Assembly (NCBI RefSeq): GCF_000143415.4
Contig: NW_003314391.1
Span: forward strand, 62,001 to 126,000
From: Selaginella moellendorffii
Lineage: Eukaryota > Plantae > Lycopodiophyta
DNA length: 64,000 nucleotides
Reading direction: 5' to 3'
This document shows positions 60,236 through 64,000 of the stretch, in pieces. The position numbers and the translations under genes were made by a program. The notes below the pieces were generated by a model. The model was not told where the DNA came from and ran no database searches. It worked only from the letters and a program-made list of their open reading frames with translations. How positions within the stretch are numbered: position 1 is the stretch's first letter; each line of letters opens with the position of its first letter.

Positions 60236-62218
60236 TTTCTTGGATCTGCAGAGAAACGAATGCAAAGTGGGTTTTATAGTCGCTAGCTTGGCTGGCCTTA
60301 TAGTGACACTGGGCCCAAGCGAAGGCTGTGCGCCACATATATTGATATACGCTCACAGCCGCATATCTGATATATGTCACCATATGTCACAGACTCGAGT
60401 CGCGACATGCCCGATGGTATACTGGTCCCAAACCAAGACATGACTATGGTACGGTCTATATTCGATTCTCTAGATATTTTCCAGCTGTAAAGCTTGGAAT
60501 CCGTAGACCTAATAAACATAACTTGACAACAAAAGTACTGACTACTTTTTGAGACGTGTTTGTGAGTTTCGTGTGGATGGACGGGTACCAAGGTAGGTGG
60601 CACATATATCCAGGCCAGCGCTGCTTATCATCTAGATCTGGTGAGAGCTTGGGATCTTTAGGTATTTAGATACGAATATCTTGCATTGCTCCAGTACCGC
60701 TTTCAAAATGACCAGCACTGATCTTCAAATCCAGCAAACCAGCGGAGAAATAAACACTTGACAAGAAATCACAAGTTCCTTTTTAAGTTGGGAGGCTTGA
60801 TTCGCTGGGCAAGACGTCCAACATGAACTTGGCCATGATTGGCTTAAACACACAAGGCCCATCAAGTTTGAATGTGTAAGTGCCGGGATTGACAGATGAT
60901 TGACGTAAACCATCCAAGCAAAACAAACAAGTTCACGTCAGGTGCTTAATCCCACTAATATACACCCATGCCAGTGTGTAATCAACCTGGTACAATCCTC
61001 AGCTCTTGTAGCGCTGGTGCTTCCACAAAGAATCTTGTTGCTGAGCCAAACGCGCATCTTACCGTGCTTTGGCAACGTGTTTAACCCCATGCTTAATGAA
61101 TCTGGAGCTGGTTAACTGTCATGGTTTAAAGGAGTTAAATGTCAAAAACAAAGTTTCCAGGGTGCAAGTAGCTGGGCGCGCAATGGTTTGTAGATGGCAA
61201 AGAATGAGTAGGGTCCCATTGTTGTCTCAAATATACGAATAAACAATCTCAAATGGGTTTACGGTTATAATTTAGTCTAAGAATATTCCTAGTAGACCAT
61301 TGAAATAAATTGATTGATTGATTAACATGAATTAATTAATATTAGTTTTGTGTCTATTAATTTTTATCTTATGTTTTGTCTATAAACACCTGTTTAATCT
61401 CTCTAAAACAAAGGGCTTTTCTGTTTCACCACCTGTCTCCAAGTTAGTTTTCATTTAATGAAATCACTTGTCTTTTGTTATAAGTAACCTGTTTATACTT
61501 TTTATACTTTTTATAAGTAACCTGGAATACTTTTTATCTGTCACAAAAATTTCTGAATTCATTGAGGCCACATCAGGTTTTTTATTCACTCATGAAGCTC
61601 TGGGATTCATAGCAGTCACGTAAGGAAGACCATCTTTTGATGTTTGTGAATGGCTCTTTTTGATGATTGTGAATAAGATCAGATTTCATGGAAGCAGAGC
61701 TAGGCAGACTTCTGGATCAAGCCCATAAGGTAATTTGAATTACCCCAAGCTCCAAGTTGGACCCCTCCAGTAAAAATGGCCAATCATCATATATATTAAT
61801 GTTTTCTGCATTTTTTAACATAATTTATCAGCTAAAATGCTGTAAGCCGCAAGCAAAGCTAGCTCAGATCCAGTCAGTTTTGAGAATGCCGAGCTGTTCT
61901 TCCGCTCGTTCCGTCGTCTTCTCTTAAAGATCCATCACTGTTCTTTTCATGATGGAGAATTTAAAAGGAACCCTCGAAAATGCTTGATTGCGATGAAGCA
62001 AATGTGAAATGAACACGCGGGAGGAGCATATGGCCCCAAACCACCCTACATCTTTAGGGCTGGACTCATTGAATCAGCAAATATTCATATGGAATATTCT
62101 ATATTCCACCACCACCTTTAGCACATAAAGGTTATGTCATTCTCCCTCATACAAATGTGGAAATCAAACGGATTTCCAAAGCTAAACGGGCTTCATGTTT
62201 TGAGTCCTAAGAACAATG

Positions 62219-64000
62219 GGGGACTTAGTCCCTTGGGCCTTATCTAATGCCCTTGCGACACCAAACACCACTTCCTGGTGTTTTAGAGTGTTTGTCTAAT
62301 GATGGCCTTCTTTGGCAATGAACACTCCTTTTATGACATTGATTTACTATATCGCAACATAAGTAATTTCTCCCTTATAAAGGTATATTTAACTTCCTTA
62401 TCCCAATAATAAGTCTTAAGTAGTTACTTTCTACCAATTTAACCAATTATTTTGCACCTTTTGCTTAGTTGCCTCATAATTGTTAAGTCCTACAACTCAT
62501 TGCTAGTGCTTCCACACCTCCATCATTATTTGGGTTGCCACACTCTAACCACATGCTTTCCAGCTTATGCTATGCCATTCCCATTTTCATTGGGATTCCT
62601 TTAGAAGGGGTTCTCATGAATTCGCCAACTTGACCTCAAGGTAACACACCTTGGCACATTCGGTGTTTCCACGCCATCGGCTCTACGAGCCTACTTCTAT
62701 AACACTTTTTACTGGTGTCTAGGTCTTTTGCCAAGACTAATATGGTTGTTTCTTATGCCAACTATCTTTTAGCACTGCATTATAGAGTTTACGCACTACT
62801 TTGTGTCAAAGTTGTTTTCTTCCGGGAAACTCTTTCCCACGATTTTAGCATAGCACATTTTGCCACCAATGAAATACCTCTTGTTCTCATATTTAGATTT
62901 TAAAATCCTCCCCATCCTTCATGGGGCACAATACACCTCAGTCCAAATGCTTTTTCCAATCCCTTAAGACCATTTCTTGACTCTACTTGAGTCATCTAGC
63001 ATTTTTGAACTTTTGCCAAATCAATGACCCGTAAAATCCCATTTCAAGGTGCCAACTCGTTGGAATACAACTTCATGTATTCATGTCCTATTTATAAGGA
63101 CCATCTTTGCAAGTGTTACTCCAACACTTGAGTATTTTCCGTTCCTGTGGGCTACTGTTACCCCTTAGGACTATCAGTCCATATAATGAGAATACCGACT
63201 CATCCTTTGAGCACACCCCCAACTCCTTGGGTTTATTTCAGCATTTATAAAAGGTAGCCCCGACTACCATTTCAAGGACTCATGTCCTCATCCATACTTG
63301 ACCTCTTATGGTTGTCAATTCCAGTCTCAAATTCATGAGCACAAACCTCAATTATATGAGGATAATTTTGTGACTCCTTTATTATTTTGGAGTCTCTATC
63401 TTTCTTGTGATCCCAGCTATAGTTGTTTACCACAACTATATTAGTCAGTTTGCTAAATCAAACACTCATCTGGATCACACCCTCAACTCTCTGAGTAAAA
63501 CCTTATACTATTCCCAAGATCCCAAAGTCATTCCCTTATTAGCCTTTTTTTATCGACCACATTGCATACAAATTCACACATAAATTATAGTGGGGAGCCA
63601 TGTCCTTCTGACATGTTATTCTTCTAGGATAGGCCCGATCCTAGGACCTTCCGATGCCAATACAAGTGGTGATATACTTGGCCACCAATAAAAGTCGGAC
63701 TAAGGAACAGCTTCAATACCAAATTGTAAACGACTAATTTTTCTATTCTACTTTAATCACTTAACCACCTCTTCGACCATTAGGAGGAGTCTCACTCACA
63801 ACCTCCGTAAGTCCTATTCTGGACTTAAGGACTTGTTAGCCCCAAGAATAGCATCCATGCCACTCAACCATTGCACTTGGTCCAAGTGCTCCACGTGTCA
63901 AATCCCAAGATCGACACCCCAAGGTACCACCGACATATCAGCCCGTTACGCTAAGGCCATGCTTATTCACCTTGGTCACACCGGTGGTCTAACACCACCT
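62219..64000 (-). mobile_element. Truncated, diverged member of the 2931-10728 LTR family (PBS 63710-63721, LTR from 63725)
   Basis: Colinear with ~7465-9250 and runs off the window end. Confidence 0.9.

Larger units (their letters stand above)
47693..61087 (+). repeat. Segmental duplication copy B
   Basis: Colinear with 23314-42800. Carries the same PAP, PPR, Gypsy, crotonase, F-box-like and FAD-oxidase fragments. Confidence 0.95.

Overview
Eukaryotic land-plant genomic DNA. It is most likely a lycophyte such as Selaginella, inferred from the 55-70 bp GT-AG introns, abundant PPR fragments and a CVNH lectin gene. 1-11.5 kb is a nest of LTR retroelements: an old Ty3/Gypsy host carrying a solo LTR and a young full-length, apparently non-autonomous element with TSD AAAGT. 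11.8-16.8 kb holds three intact, tightly packed metabolic genes: an O-methyltransferase, an intronless CCR-like reductase and a CYP72-clan-like P450 with an atypical I-helix. 17.6-22.5 kb is a ~1.6 kb inverted duplication enclosing a DnaJ gene fragment. 23.3-61.1 kb is a tandem segmental duplication (A 23314-42800, B 47693-61087). The unit is mostly a mosaic of unrelated gene fragments but carries three real secreted-protein genes: a cyanovirin-N-homolog lectin, a spliced phytosulfokine-like precursor ending AHVDYIYDFNP that the ORF track misses, and an intronless 853-aa bacterial-type metzincin/cadherin-like/2xLamG protein that is a candidate horizontal acquisition. Copy A also carries a Copia element with TG..CT termini and a PPR fragment inside its integrase. 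The window ends in another member of the first LTR family. All alignments and counts were made by eye; no database searches were run.
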